The notes below the pieces were generated by a model that searched no databases, was not told the origin of the DNA, and was given only the letters and a program-made list of their open reading frames with translations. A DNA stretch of 64,000 bases. It comes from an uncultured Candidatus Binatia bacterium (GTDB lineage Bacteria; Desulfobacterota; Binatia; UBA9968; JAJDTQ01). The DNA lies in the NCBI GenBank assembly GCA_965213675.1, contig OZ243916.1:2240001-2304000 (forward strand), written 5' to 3'. Shown one piece after another: positions 1 to 13,050 of the stretch. Position numbers and translations under genes: made by a program. The first letter of the stretch is position 1. Every line of letters starts with the position of its first letter.

Positions 1-1
1 T

Positions 2-1546
<1,545 letters not shown>

Positions 1547-1569
1547 CGACAAGGCGGAAGCGTCCGACG

Positions 1570-3108
1570 ATGTTCAAACGAATTCTGGTGGCCAACCGCG
1601 GCGAGATCGCCGTCCGCATCATCCGCGCGTGCCGCGAACTGGATATCGAGAGCGTGGCGGTCTACTCCGAGGCGGACCGCGACGCGCTCCACGTCAAATA
1701 CGCCGACTACTCCTATCCCGTGGGTCCGGCTCCGTCGGCGGAGAGCTACCTGCGCATCGACCGCATCATCGACGTGGCCAGGAAGAGCCGCGCCGAGGCC
1801 ATCCATCCGGGTTACGGCTTCCTCGCCGAGAACCCCGCGTTCGCGCGCGCCTGCGGCGAAGCCGGCATCGTTTTTCTGGGGCCGGCCCCGGACGTGATCA
1901 AGCAGATGGGCGACAAGGTCCACGCCCGCGCCCTCATGAAGAAGGCCGGCCTGCCGGTGATCCCCGGCTCGGACGACATCCTGAGTTCCGAGGAAGAAGT
2001 GCTGGAGACCACCGAGGCCATCGGCTACCCGTGCGTGCTCAAGGCCGTGGCCGGCGGCGGCGGCAAGGGCCTGCGGCTGGTGGAGTCGGGCGACGAGGTG
2101 CGCTCCGCCTTCCGCGCGGTGCGCTCCGAGGCCGCGTCGTCCTTTGGCGACTCCCGGCTCTACGTCGAGAAGTACCTGGAGCGCTGCCGCCACATCGAGG
2201 TCCAGCTCCTGGCCGACATCTACGGCAAGGTGCTGCACCTCTTCACGCGGGAATGCTCCATCCAGCGGCGCCACCAGAAGATCATCGAAGAGTGCCCCGC
2301 GCCCACCATCGACCTGCGCATGCAGAAGGCCATGGGCAAGACCGCGGCCCAGGGCGCCAAGGCGCTCAAGTACACCGGGGTGGGCACCATGGAGTTCCTG
2401 GTGGACCGCCAGAAGAACTTCTACTTCCTGGAGATGAATACCCGCCTCCAGGTCGAGCACGCCATCACCGAGCGGGTCATGGGCATCGACCTGGTGAAGG
2501 CGCAGATCAACGTAGCCGCGGGCATGCCGCTCCTCTGGTCCCAGCGTCAGATCCAGGGGGCGGGCCACGCCATCGAGTGCCGCATCTACGCCGAGGATCC
2601 CGAGACCGACTTCATGCCCTGTCCGGGCAAGATCGAGGGGCTGCGCCTGCCCGAGGGCTTCGGCATACGCAACGACTGCGGGGTGTACGAAGGTGCCGAG
2701 ATTCCCATCCACTACGACCCCATGATCGCCAAGCTCATCGTCTGGGGCGAGGACCGCGCCGAAGCCATCCGGCGCCTCAAGCGCGCCTTGCGCGAGTACC
2801 AGGTGCGGGGCGTCAAGACCAACATCCCTTTCCACCAATGGATGCTGCGCCACCCCCAGTTCATCGAAGCGGACTTCCATACCGGGTTCGTGGACGAGCA
2901 GCGCGGCTTCATGTCGCGGGAGGAAGTCTATCCCAACCGCCACGTGGCACTGGCCTCGGCGGCCATCGTGGCGCTCCACCGGGAGCAGGAACGGGCGCTT
3001 CAGATGGTGGAGAAGGGGGCATCGGAACAGTCGGGCTGGCGCGTGGCGGGACGCCGGGAGGCGTTGCGGCTTCAGCCCGGGACGGCCGCTCCGGGACGGG
3101 GTTGGTAG
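1570..3108 (+). CDS. accC: Biotin carboxylase subunit
   Basis: True start MFKRILVANRGEIA at 1570. Motifs HPGYGFLAEN, GGGGKG, RECSIQRRHQK, FLEMNTRLQVEH, YDPMIAKL. Confidence 0.92.
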   Translation: MFKRILVANRGEIAVRIIRACRELDIESVAVYSEADRDALHVKYADYSYPVGPAPSAESYLRIDRIIDVARKSRAEAIHPGYGFLAENPAFARACGEAGIVFLGPAPDVIKQMGDKVHARALMKKAGLPVIPGSDDILSSEEEVLETTEAIGYPCVLKAVAGGGGKGLRLVESGDEVRSAFRAVRSEAASSFGDSRLYVEKYLERCRHIEVQLLADIYGKVLHLFTRECSIQRRHQKIIEECPAPTIDLRMQKAMGKTAAQGAKALKYTGVGTMEFLVDRQKNFYFLEMNTRLQVEHAITERVMGIDLVKAQINVAAGMPLLWSQRQIQGAGHAIECRIYAEDPETDFMPCPGKIEGLRLPEGFGIRNDCGVYEGAEIPIHYDPMIAKLIVWGEDRAEAIRRLKRALREYQVRGVKTNIPFHQWMLRHPQFIEADFHTGFVDEQRGFMSREEVYPNRHVALASAAIVALHREQERALQMVEKGASEQSGWRVAGRREALRLQPGTAAPGRGW

Positions 3109-3112
3109 ACCC

Positions 3113-3622
3113 ATGGCATTCATCGCAAAGCTCGGCGGCCAGACCTCGGCGGTACGCATCACCGAGACCGGGAAGTCGCTCTACAAGGTGGTGGTGGACG
3201 GGCATGAGTTCACGGTGGACGGAAGGCGCACCGGCCGCAACAACTACTCGCTGCTCATCGACAACCGTTCGTTCGAGGTGGACGTGGACGTGGACACCGC
3301 CGAGGACGCATACCGCGTGCTCCTGGACGGCCGCACCTACCATATCCGCATGTCCGACGAGCGCCAGGTACGCGTCGGCGGGCGCCAGTCCGGCGTGGAG
3401 GTGTCCGGCCGGCAGGAGATCCGCATCCCCATGCCGGGCAAGGTGGTGACCGTACTCGTGAACGAGGGCGACACCGTCGCCAAGGGACAGGGCCTGGTCA
3501 TCGTCGAAGCCATGAAGATGGAGAACGAGGTGCGCGCACCGGGTCCGGGCAAGGTCGCGGATCTCCGCGTCAAGGCCGGCGAGTCGGTGGAATCCGGGCA
3601 GGTGCTGGTGATCGTGGAGTGA
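3113..3622 (+). CDS. Biotin carboxyl carrier protein
   Basis: C-terminal biotinyl domain PMPGKV...EAMKMENE; in operon with the carboxylase subunits. Confidence 0.92.
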   Translation: MAFIAKLGGQTSAVRITETGKSLYKVVVDGHEFTVDGRRTGRNNYSLLIDNRSFEVDVDVDTAEDAYRVLLDGRTYHIRMSDERQVRVGGRQSGVEVSGRQEIRIPMPGKVVTVLVNEGDTVAKGQGLVIVEAMKMENEVRAPGPGKVADLRVKAGESVESGQVLVIVE

Positions 3623-3629
3623 ACCCGGT

Positions 3630-3752
3630 ACCCCCCGAATCGTCATTCCCGCGGAAGCGGGAATCCAGGCGGGGCGAGGTGGGGAATACGCCCGTTTGGC
3701 CCCTCTCCACCCCTGGATTCCCGCTTCCGCGGGAATGACGATTCGGGGGGGT
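3630..3752. repeat. Palindromic REP/MITE-like element (GTCATTCCCGCG-N-GCGGGAATCC family)
   Basis: About 39-bp inverted arms (ccccccgaatcgtcattcccgcggaagcgggaatccagg and its complement) around a ~42-bp spacer, between convergent genes. Related copy at 55483-55589. Confidence 0.85.
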
Positions 3753-3768
3753 CGCTTAGCCCCCTGGT

Positions 3769-4557
3769 TCATTCGTCCTTCCGCCTCATGAAATAGACCA
3801 GCACGATGGTGAGCCCGTAGAGCACCGTCAGCGGCAGCGCCAGCAGGATCTGCGAGACCACGTCGGGCGGCGTGAGCATGGCGCCAAGCACGACGATGCC
3901 CAACAGTGCGTAGGGAAAATGCCGCATCATCATGCGGTGGTCGATGAGCCCCACCCGCGCCAGGAACACCCCCACCACCGGCAGCTCGAATACCACGCCG
4001 AACGCCAGCATGAGCTTGGCCGAGAAACCCAGGTACTCGCTCACGCGAATGGCCGGGCGGATGTTCAGTTGCTGGTACTGCTCCAGGAAGAAGCGGTAGC
4101 CCACGTCGAAGATCACGACGTAGCAGAAGCCCGCGCCAAGCAGGAAAAACAGGGTGCCGCAGGCCACGAACGCCTTGGCGTAGCGCCTCTCCTTGTTGTA
4201 GAGCCCCGGCGCCACGAACTGCCAAGCGTGCCACAGCAGCACCGGCAGCGCCGCGAAGATCGCGGCCACGAAAGCCACCTTGAGCTTGGCGAAAAAGGCC
4301 TCGGCGACACCCGTGCCGATGACGGTGAGTCCCGCGGCCTCGAGGCGCAGCAGCGGCGCGGTCATGAAGGCGATGAGCCAGCCCGCCGCCCCGTAGCAGG
4401 CCAGGAAGGCGACGAAGACGGTCACGGCGGACTTGATGAGGCGGGAGCGCAGTTCTTCCAGGTGCGCGGCAAGGGGCATGCTGGCGTCTTCCGACAGCCG
4501 CTCTCCCTCTCCCGCGCCGGCGTTCTCCTCCGCGCTCGCTCCGTTGTCCGCGTTCAC
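3769..4557 (-). CDS. tatC: Twin-arginine translocase subunit TatC
   Basis: Motifs [41 protein letters not shown]; multi-TM protein. Confidence 0.95.
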   Translation of the reverse strand: MNADNGASAEENAGAGEGERLSEDASMPLAAHLEELRSRLIKSAVTVFVAFLACYGAAGWLIAFMTAPLLRLEAAGLTVIGTGVAEAFFAKLKVAFVAAIFAALPVLLWHAWQFVAPGLYNKERRYAKAFVACGTLFFLLGAGFCYVVIFDVGYRFFLEQYQQLNIRPAIRVSEYLGFSAKLMLAFGVVFELPVVGVFLARVGLIDHRMMMRHFPYALLGIVVLGAMLTPPDVVSQILLALPLTVLYGLTIVLVYFMRRKDE

Positions 4558-4826
4558 TCTTTCGTGGGGGGATCGCCCGCTGGAGAAATGGTATTGGCGG
4601 GGGCGCCTTCTCCGGACGGCTCGGCAGGGGTGTTCTCGCTCGCGGGGGGTTTCTCGATCTCATCCGCCGCGGATTGCAATTCGCGCTTCATGTCGTCGGT
4701 GGTACGGCGAAACTCCGCCAGCCCGCGACCGAGGGCGCGCGCCATCTCGGGCAGCTTCTTGGGCCCCAGGACGATCAAGGCCACCGCCATGATCAAGAGC
4801 AGTTCCGGCATTCCAATACCAAACAT
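4554..4826 (-). CDS. tatB: TatA/TatB family subunit
   Basis: [41 protein letters not shown]; GTGA overlap with tatC. Confidence 0.85.
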   Translation of the reverse strand: MFGIGMPELLLIMAVALIVLGPKKLPEMARALGRGLAEFRRTTDDMKRELQSAADEIEKPPASENTPAEPSGEGAPANTISPAGDPPTKE

Positions 4827-4949
4827 GTCCACACCCAGAACGTAGGCTAAGGCATTTGCCGGGGGGAGTCAAAGAGCGGCCGGGACCACGCGGCGGCGCC
4901 GTTCGCGCTTTGACTCGCTCTGATCCGTAATGGTATGTTGGCCGTCAAT

Positions 4950-5987
4950 ATGCCCCGATCCGCCATCCGATCCGCCATCGTTACCGACCCGGTTTTTCTC
5001 AAGCACGAGCCGGGTCCGCACCACCCTGAAAACCCGCAAAGGATCAAGACGCTTCTCGACCTCGCCGGCGAGGTCGCGGCCAGTGACGACCGCTTCGAGC
5101 TGCTGCCCCTGCGCGCAGCGGTACAGGAGGAGCTGGAGCTGGGCCACGGTTCGGAATACATCGACCTCGTGCGCTCGACTTCGGAGCACAACCGCTTCGC
5201 CCTGGACGGCGACACCCTCACGTGCCGGGACTCCTTCGGCGTGGCGCTGATGGCGGTGGGCGGGTTCCTGCAACTGCTGGACGCGGTGGCGGGATCGGAC
5301 TACGGCAACGGATTCACCATGGCGCGGCCGCCGGGGCATCACGCGCTACGGAACCGCGGCATGGGGTTCTGCCTGTTCAACACGGTGGCCATCGGCGCCC
5401 GCTACCTCCAGGAAAAACACGGCGCGCGGCGGGTCGCCATCATGGATTGGGACGTGCATCACGGCAACGGCTCCCAGGACGCGTTCTACGACGATCCCTC
5501 CGTGCTGTTCCTGTCCACGCATCAATATCCCTACTATCCGGGGACCGGCGCCGCGGACGAGGTGGGCAGCGGCTTGGGCGAGGGCTACACGGTGAACGTG
5601 CCGCTGCCGGCGGGCTGCGGCGACGCCGAGTACCTGGCGGTATTCAGGGACATCATCATCCCCGCGGTCCGGCGCTACGAACCCGACTGGCTGCTCGTGT
5701 CGGCCGGTTTCGACTCGCACCGCGACGATCCCCTAGGGGCCATGGGCGTCACCGAGCGCGGCTTCGGCGTCATGGCCAACGCGCTGCTGGAGCTGGCGCG
5801 GGAACACACCGGCGGCAAGATCGCGTTTCTCCTGGAGGGCGGCTACGATCTCGCCGCGCTGCGCAACTCCGTGGCTACGGTGCTGGAGTGCATGCAGTCC
5901 GAGGAAGCCGTCTCCTGGGACGACCGCGGGGAGCGCATCGCGGGCCGTATCCGGGAGGTGCTTCAAATACGCGAGCGGTATTGGTAG
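4950..5987 (+). CDS. Histone deacetylase family (class II-like) amidohydrolase/deacylase
   Basis: Motifs HPENPQR, RPPGHHA, GFCLFN, DWDVHHGNG, SAGFD, LEGGY. Alternative ATG at 4935. Confidence 0.92.
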   Translation: MPRSAIRSAIVTDPVFLKHEPGPHHPENPQRIKTLLDLAGEVAASDDRFELLPLRAAVQEELELGHGSEYIDLVRSTSEHNRFALDGDTLTCRDSFGVALMAVGGFLQLLDAVAGSDYGNGFTMARPPGHHALRNRGMGFCLFNTVAIGARYLQEKHGARRVAIMDWDVHHGNGSQDAFYDDPSVLFLSTHQYPYYPGTGAADEVGSGLGEGYTVNVPLPAGCGDAEYLAVFRDIIIPAVRRYEPDWLLVSAGFDSHRDDPLGAMGVTERGFGVMANALLELAREHTGGKIAFLLEGGYDLAALRNSVATVLECMQSEEAVSWDDRGERIAGRIREVLQIRERYW

Positions 5988-6121
5988 AGCAAGCCGGAGC
6001 CGCCGGCGGGAGCGCCGCCGGGAATCCGGGGATTCCAATTTTTTGACAAGAAGGACCTCTTCCGTGTGACCGCTTGGGGTCGGCTCGACCGCAACAGTCT
6101 ACGGCACACCGGGAACACACC

Positions 6122-7371
6122 ATGGGAAATCCCAACGGACGTCGAGTCGTGATCACCGGCATGGGGATGGCCACGCCCCTGGGCATCGGCGTGGAACCCA
6201 ACTGGGACGCGATCCAGGCCGGGCGCTCCGGCATCGGCCCCATCACCCGCATCGAGGACATCGAGTCCTTCGGCAGCCGCATCGGCGGCGAGGTGGACGA
6301 TTTCAATCCGCTGGACTTCATCGAAGCCCGTGAAGTCAAGAAGATGGACCTGTTCATGCAGTACGCCATGGCCGCGGCGCAAATGGCGGTGGAGGACAGC
6401 GGGTTCGCGGTCAGCGAGGACGAGGCGTTCCGGGCCGGCTCCATCGTGGGCGTGGGCTTCTGCGGCATCGCCACCATCGAACACTATCATGGCGTGTACC
6501 TGAAACAGGGCCCGCGCAAGATCTCCCCCTTCTTTATCCCCAAGGTCATCTCCAACCTGGCGCCCGGCCATATCGCCATCCGCTACGGGCTCAAGGGCGT
6601 CAACTGGACCCCCACCTCGGCATGCGCGTCGGGCAACAACGCCGTGGGGGAGGCCTATCACCTGATCCGCGACGGCCGGCAGGACGCCATCATCGCCGGC
6701 GGGACGGAAGCGGCCACGACTCCTCTGGGGCTGGGCGGGTTCGCCGCCATGAAGGCCCTGTCCACGCGCAACGACGAGCCGGAGAGGGCCAGCCGGCCCT
6801 TCGACAAGGACCGGGACGGGTTCGTCATGTCGGAGGGCGCGGGCATGCTGGTTCTGGAGGAGCGCGAACGCGCGCTGCGGCGCGGCGCGCGCATCTACGC
6901 CGAGATGATCGGTTACGGCACCAACGGCGACGCCTACCACATCACATCCCCCGCTCCCGCGGGCGAAGGCGCGGCCCGCTGCATGGCGCTGACCCTGGAG
7001 GACGCCGGCGTCGAAGCGACCGGCGTGGACTACATCAACGCCCACGGCACGTCGACCCCGTACAACGACGCCAACGAGACCGCCGCCATCAAGACGGTGT
7101 TCGGCGATCACGCCGGCAGGCTGGCGGTGAGTTCCACCAAATCCATGACCGGACACCTGCTCGGCGCCGCCGGCGCGGTGGAGGCGATCTACAGCACGCT
7201 CGCGCTGCACCACGGCGTGCTGCCGCCCACCATCAACTACGAGACACCCGACCCCGACTGCGATCTCGATTACGTACCCAACGGGCCGCGGCAGGCGGAC
7301 ATTCGGATCGCCCTTTCCAATTCCTTCGGATTCGGCGGCACCAACGCGTGCATCCTGCTCAGGAAGGCGAC

Positions 7372-7375
<4 letters not shown>
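6122..7375 (+). CDS. fabF: Beta-ketoacyl-ACP synthase II
   Basis: Motifs RRVVITGMG, SACASG, YINAHGTST, KSMTGHLLGAAG, SNSFGFGGTN. Confidence 0.95.
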
Positions 7376-8367
<992 letters not shown>

Positions 8368-8400
8368 TGCCCGGGACGCGGGCTGGCAGACCTCCCTCAC

Positions 8401-9267
8401 GTGATACCGGCTGAAGGCTTCGCCCTCGCCTGCGGGTTCTTCACCGCCGTCAATCTGATCTTCCTCAAGAAGGGATTGGCCCACGGCAATCCCATCAGCG
8501 CCACCGTTCTCTCGCTTGCCATCAACGTGTTGAGCTTCTGGAGCTTCGTCCTGGCCGTGCTGCCGTGGGACGAGATCCTCCGCCCCGAACTTCTCATCTT
8601 CGTGCTGGTGGGCCTGATCCAGCCCGGCGGCACGCGGTTTCTCGCCTATCTGAGCGTGGAGAAGGTGGGTGTGGCCGTCACCGCGCCGATCCGCGCCACC
8701 ACCCCGCTATTCTCGTCGCTCCTGGCCATCGCCGTGCTGGGCGAGGAGCTCACGCCGGCCGTGGGCGCGGGAACCGCTCTCGTGGTGGGCGGCATCATCC
8801 TCCTGAGTCTGAGCCACGAGAAGACTGGCGCATGGATGAACGTCATGGTCGCCCTGCCCCTGTTGAGCGCCTTCGTGGCGGGCTCCACCCAGGTTATACG
8901 CAAGATCGGCCTGGCCGGCATCAGCCTCCCCATCCTCGGCGCCGCCACCACCACCGGCACCTCGCTGGTGGCCATCGCCGTGTCGCTGACCGTTTCGCGC
9001 AACTGGCCCATGGTGCGCTTCGACCGCCGCGCCCTGGGCTATTTCGTTCTGGCCGGCTGTTCCGTGACCTTGGGCGTGGCCAGCGTGTTCATGTCCCTGC
9101 ACCTTTCCGACGTCGTCATCGTCGCCCCGCTGGCGAGTCTGAGCCCGCTCTACAGCCTGGTGCTATCGGCGGTGTTTCTGCGCGACGTGGAGGTCATTAC
9201 GGCGCGGAAGGTGATGGCGGCGGGACTGATCGTGCTGGGGGTGGTGCTGATTACGGCGATTCGGTGA
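8401..9267 (+). CDS. DMT/EamA family transporter
   Basis: About 10 hydrophobic segments in two EamA-like halves (..LGEELT.., ..FLRDVEVIT..). Confidence 0.85.
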   Translation: MIPAEGFALACGFFTAVNLIFLKKGLAHGNPISATVLSLAINVLSFWSFVLAVLPWDEILRPELLIFVLVGLIQPGGTRFLAYLSVEKVGVAVTAPIRATTPLFSSLLAIAVLGEELTPAVGAGTALVVGGIILLSLSHEKTGAWMNVMVALPLLSAFVAGSTQVIRKIGLAGISLPILGAATTTGTSLVAIAVSLTVSRNWPMVRFDRRALGYFVLAGCSVTLGVASVFMSLHLSDVVIVAPLASLSPLYSLVLSAVFLRDVEVITARKVMAAGLIVLGVVLITAIR

Positions 9268-9431
9268 AGCGCGGCACCAACTCACATACCCCACACGTCG
9301 ATCTCGAAACCGCCGGTGGGCTCGCGGGGCGCGATGACGGGACGATACTTCAGGTTCATGGGTCATCGGAAGGGCCCGGGGTTGAAAGTCACCGCGGGCC
9401 GGGCCACATTCCCCTTCCAAAGGAGGCAGAC

Positions 9432-10064
9432 ATGAGACAGGTACTCAGTGAGCACGTCCCGGCCAACACGGGCTGGTCCGGCGACCTCAGGCAGGGGCAG
9501 ATCATCCGCATCATCGCCATGTCCACCGTGGATTTCCTGGTGCTGGACCAGCACAACCTGCGGGAGCGTTTCGACCAGGCGCGGACGAAGGTCTACAACG
9601 GGAAGATCTTTCTCAGCACCGGCGACAAGCTCATGTCGCGGGACAACCAGCACTTCATGACCATCGTGGCGGATACCTTCGCGGAGGGGACCCACGACCT
9701 GCAGAAGGGCATGTGCAGCGGACGCCGTTTCCAGTTGGCGAAACAGGAAGGGCGGCTGCGGGAATACTACCACCGGGACTACCGCGACGACGAGATCCCC
9801 GATCACGGCTGCTGGGAAAACCTCTCCGGGGCGCTGGCGCCCTACGACATCGCGCCGGAGGACGTGCCGAACCCGTTCAACCTCTTCCAGCACATGATCA
9901 TCGACGGCAAGACCGGAATCATGCAGCACACCACGGTCCGGCCGGCGGCGCCGACCCACGTGGACATGCGCGCGGAGCGCGACCTGCTGGCGGCGTTCAG
10001 TGCGTGCCCGGACATGCCGGTGGGCGGGAAACCGGTGGACGTGGAAATCTACGAGGAGGATTGA
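9432..10064 (+). CDS. DUF1989 / urea-carboxylase-associated family protein
   Basis: AGGAGG RBS, then MRQVLSEHVPANTGW. Motifs TIVADT..HDL..GMC, HGCWENL, PFNLF, SACP. Confidence 0.85.
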   Translation: MRQVLSEHVPANTGWSGDLRQGQIIRIIAMSTVDFLVLDQHNLRERFDQARTKVYNGKIFLSTGDKLMSRDNQHFMTIVADTFAEGTHDLQKGMCSGRRFQLAKQEGRLREYYHRDYRDDEIPDHGCWENLSGALAPYDIAPEDVPNPFNLFQHMIIDGKTGIMQHTTVRPAAPTHVDMRAERDLLAAFSACPDMPVGGKPVDVEIYEED

Positions 10065-10156
10065 CGCCGGCCTCGCCCCGCCCGGATTCCCGCTTGCGCG
10101 GGCATGACGGAAAAGGGGGCGGGGAGAGCGGGAATCAGGTCAGCGGACGACGGCGG

Positions 10157-10825
10157 CTACTCGAAACCCATGCGCCGGCCCCAGTTGGACGGGTCCTTGA
10201 GGAAATCGACGATCTGGTTGCGGTTTTCCTCGGAGAAAAACCCGGTGTCTTCGCCGGCGTTCAGAACATCGTCCCAATTGGACAGGGTGTGGAGGTCGAT
10301 GTCGTGGTCGGCGAGGTTCTTCTTGCCCTCGTGCAGGTCGAGGGCGTCGGAGCTGTACTCGAAGACGCACAGGCAATGAGTGATGCGCGCCTTCTGGGCG
10401 CGCACGCCGATGTTGAAACGGAGCTTGCTGAAGCCATCGGTGACGAGGTCTTCCACCAGCGTCACCCGCTGGCCCTCGTTCAGGACCCCCTCGATCTGGT
10501 TGGTGTGGCCGTAGCCCTTGGGGTTCTTGCGGATGTAGATCATGGGCTTGCGCAGGTAGTGGGAAACGAACGCGGCATAGGGGATGCCCGCGGTCTCGCC
10601 TCCGGCCACCACGTCCATGTTGCCGAGGCCGATGTCGCGCCGTGCGATCTGGGCCAACGCCTCGAGGATCTCGTCCCGCGCCTCCGGGAAGGACAGCAGC
10701 CGGCGGCAGTCGATGTACACCGGTGAGACCCGCCCCGACACGAACACGAACGGCCTGTCGCGGTACACCTGGATGGACTGTGTGCTCAGCAGAAGCTCGG
10801 CGATTCTCTTTCCGGTCTCGGACAT
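10157..10825 (-). CDS. pyrE: Orotate phosphoribosyltransferase
   Basis: Motifs FVFVSGRVSPVYIDCR, GGETAGIP, YIRKNPKGYG, LVEDLVTDG. Confidence 0.9.
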   Translation of the reverse strand: MSETGKRIAELLLSTQSIQVYRDRPFVFVSGRVSPVYIDCRRLLSFPEARDEILEALAQIARRDIGLGNMDVVAGGETAGIPYAAFVSHYLRKPMIYIRKNPKGYGHTNQIEGVLNEGQRVTLVEDLVTDGFSKLRFNIGVRAQKARITHCLCVFEYSSDALDLHEGKKNLADHDIDLHTLSNWDDVLNAGEDTGFFSEENRNQIVDFLKDPSNWGRRMGFE

Positions 10826-11166
10826 GGATGCGTTTCCTCTGGTCTATGCCGTTCGACGAAAAACGATGGATTCCAATGGCTCTCGATGGAACTCGATGAG
10901 ATGACCGCGGTCCCCGCGGCGGGCGAGTTGGTCGGGGTTTGTAACATGGCCCATGGGCCTATTGCCAGCCGTTGTTGCCGCTCATGCTTTCCTGATACCA
11001 TGCCTCCGGTAACGTCGAGCTTGCGCCTTTCGAATGCGCCCTTCGACCTCGCCCGGAGACGCCTCGCCACGCTCCGGACGAACGCCAACGAGCTGTTTCG
11101 TCGCGCTTGCCATGACTCCTGAGACAGGCAGCGCTTGCCCTGCTTTCCTCTCCGGACCCGTATCGG

Positions 11167-12432
11167 ATGGAAGTCCCCAAGATCAACAAGGACAGGCTGT
11201 TGCGCGACCTGAACGCGGTCTCGCGCATCGGCTTGGGCGAGGGCGGATCGGTCACGCGGCTGGTGTTCTCGGTGCACGAGATGCGCGCGCGCCAGTTGCT
11301 GGTCCACCGGATGCGCCAGGCCGGGCTGGGCGTGCGCGTGGATGCGCTGGGGAACGTCTTCGGCCGGCTGGCGGGGCAGCGGGAGGGACCGGCGGTGCTG
11401 GCCGGGTCGCATCTCGATTCCGTGGTACAGGGCGGGAGATACGACGGCCCGGTGGGGGTCATCGGCGCGCTTGAAGCGGTGCGCGCCATCAAGGAGAGTG
11501 GCGTGCCCGTGCCAGCGCCGCTGGAGAGCGTGTGCTTCGTGGGCGAGGAATCCAGCCGATTCGGGTTCTCCACCCTGGGCAGCACCCTGGTGGCGGGGGA
11601 CGTCACCATGGACGACTTCGCCCATGCGGTGGACGCGGGCGGCGCCCGGCTGGAAGACGTGCTTTCGGGCCTGGGCATCCACCGCGAGAACCTCGATTCG
11701 CTGAAGCGCGACCCCAAGACCGTCAAGGCGTACCTCGAACTGCACATCGAGCAGGGTCCCGTCCTGGAGTCCCGGAAGAAGAAGATCGGCGTGGTGACGG
11801 CTATTGCCGCGCCGAGCCGGTTCCGGGTGGTCTTTCGCGGCCAGGCCGACCACAGCGGCACCACGCCCATGGATATGCGCAAGGACGCGCTGGTGGCGGC
11901 GGCGCTTCTGATCACGTTCATCGACGAGGTGTGCCGGGAGCATTCCTCCACCGAGATGGGACGCGTGGTGGGAACCGTGGGCGCCATCAAGGTGGAGCCC
12001 GGCGTCATCAACGCCATCCCGGGGCGGGCGGAGATGCAGGTGGATGTGCGCAGCATCACCGCCGCCTCCAAGCGCAAGGTCGCCGGACGGGTCCGGACGC
12101 GGGCGCGGCGCATCGCCCGGGAGCGCGGCGTGGAGGTGGACCTCGTGACCATCCGGGACGAGAAGCCGGTGGCGTTGCACCGGCGGGTGATCGGGCTCAT
12201 CCGCGCGTTGTGCGAGGAACACCGCGTCCCTTTCGAGGTGATGCCGTCCGGGGCCGGCCACGACGCCATGCAGATGGCCAGGATCACTCCCACGGGCATG
12301 ATCTTCATCCCCAGCGTCAACGGCGTGAGCCACAACCCCACGGAATGGACCGACCCCGAGGACATCTGTCTCGGGACCCAGCTTCTGATGGAAGCGATGC
12401 TGAGAGCCGCCCATGCAGAAATCCGGAACTGA
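11167..12432 (+). CDS. Zn-dependent M20 amidohydrolase (N-carbamoyl-amino acid / beta-ureidopropionase / allantoate amidohydrolase family)
   Basis: Motifs GSHLDSV, GRYDG, EESSRFG, YLELHIEQG, HSGTTPM, SGAGHDA, SHNPTE. Confidence 0.9.
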   Translation: MEVPKINKDRLLRDLNAVSRIGLGEGGSVTRLVFSVHEMRARQLLVHRMRQAGLGVRVDALGNVFGRLAGQREGPAVLAGSHLDSVVQGGRYDGPVGVIGALEAVRAIKESGVPVPAPLESVCFVGEESSRFGFSTLGSTLVAGDVTMDDFAHAVDAGGARLEDVLSGLGIHRENLDSLKRDPKTVKAYLELHIEQGPVLESRKKKIGVVTAIAAPSRFRVVFRGQADHSGTTPMDMRKDALVAAALLITFIDEVCREHSSTEMGRVVGTVGAIKVEPGVINAIPGRAEMQVDVRSITAASKRKVAGRVRTRARRIARERGVEVDLVTIRDEKPVALHRRVIGLIRALCEEHRVPFEVMPSGAGHDAMQMARITPTGMIFIPSVNGVSHNPTEWTDPEDICLGTQLLMEAMLRAAHAEIRN

Positions 12433-12958
12433 GAAGACCGCACGGGTGCTGAGCGCGGCCCAGATGGCGCGGATCCTCGCGGGCTTCGCCAAACGCATTG
12501 CGGGCGAGTTCGACGCGGCCGCCTCCCTGGCTTTCGTTGGCATCCGCACCCGCGGCCCGACCCTGGCGCGGCGCGTGGCGGACATGCTGAAGGAGAAGCA
12601 TGGCTTGGCGGTGAGCGTGGGCGAACTGGACATCACGCTCTACCGCGACGACCTGAACACACTCCTGCCGGAGGGGCGCATCGACGGCACCCATGTTCCC
12701 TTCGAGGTCAGCGACAAGACCCTGATTCTGTTCGACGACGTGCTCCATACCGGACGCACGGCTCGCGCCGCCGTGGATCACCTCATGGCCTTGGGGCGGC
12801 CCCGGGCCGTCTTTCTGGCGGTGCTGGTGGACCGGGGCGGGCGCGAACTCCCCATCGAGGCCCGGTTCGTCGGCAAGGAGGTGGACCTGCGGAAGGGCGG
12901 AGACGTGCGCGTGAGGCTGGCGGAGGTGGATGAGGTGGACGAGGTTGTGGTGGCCTGA
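12413..12958 (+). CDS. pyrR: PyrR bifunctional regulator/uracil phosphoribosyltransferase
   Basis: Motifs VGIRTRG, LDITLYRDD, DDVLHTGRT.RAA, LAVLVDRG.RELPI. Confidence 0.9.
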   Translation: MQKSGTEKTARVLSAAQMARILAGFAKRIAGEFDAAASLAFVGIRTRGPTLARRVADMLKEKHGLAVSVGELDITLYRDDLNTLLPEGRIDGTHVPFEVSDKTLILFDDVLHTGRTARAAVDHLMALGRPRAVFLAVLVDRGGRELPIEARFVGKEVDLRKGGDVRVRLAEVDEVDEVVVA

Positions 12959-12964
12959 AGCCCC

Positions 12965-12993
12965 TTGACAAGCCGCACCAATACCCGTATGAG
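12965..12993 (+). promoter_or_regulatory. Putative sigma70 promoter of ABC operon
   Basis: TTGACA-N17-TATGAG about 60 nt upstream of the first permease. Confidence 0.5.
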
Positions 12994-13050
12994 GCAGGGT
13001 TTGATCGGGGCAGGGCTCCAAAAACCCCATTTTCACACCCATCTGATTTC

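Noticed and set aside
9268-9431. Guanidine riboswitch before DUF1989 gene
   Set aside because: Expected from family context, but no ykkC, twin ACGR-hairpin or ykkC-III pattern could be matched by eye.
11110-11135. PyrR binding loop (actcctgagacaggc) before the M20 hydrolase
   Set aside because: Only a partial match to the ARUCCNGNGAGGYU consensus, with no associated terminator.
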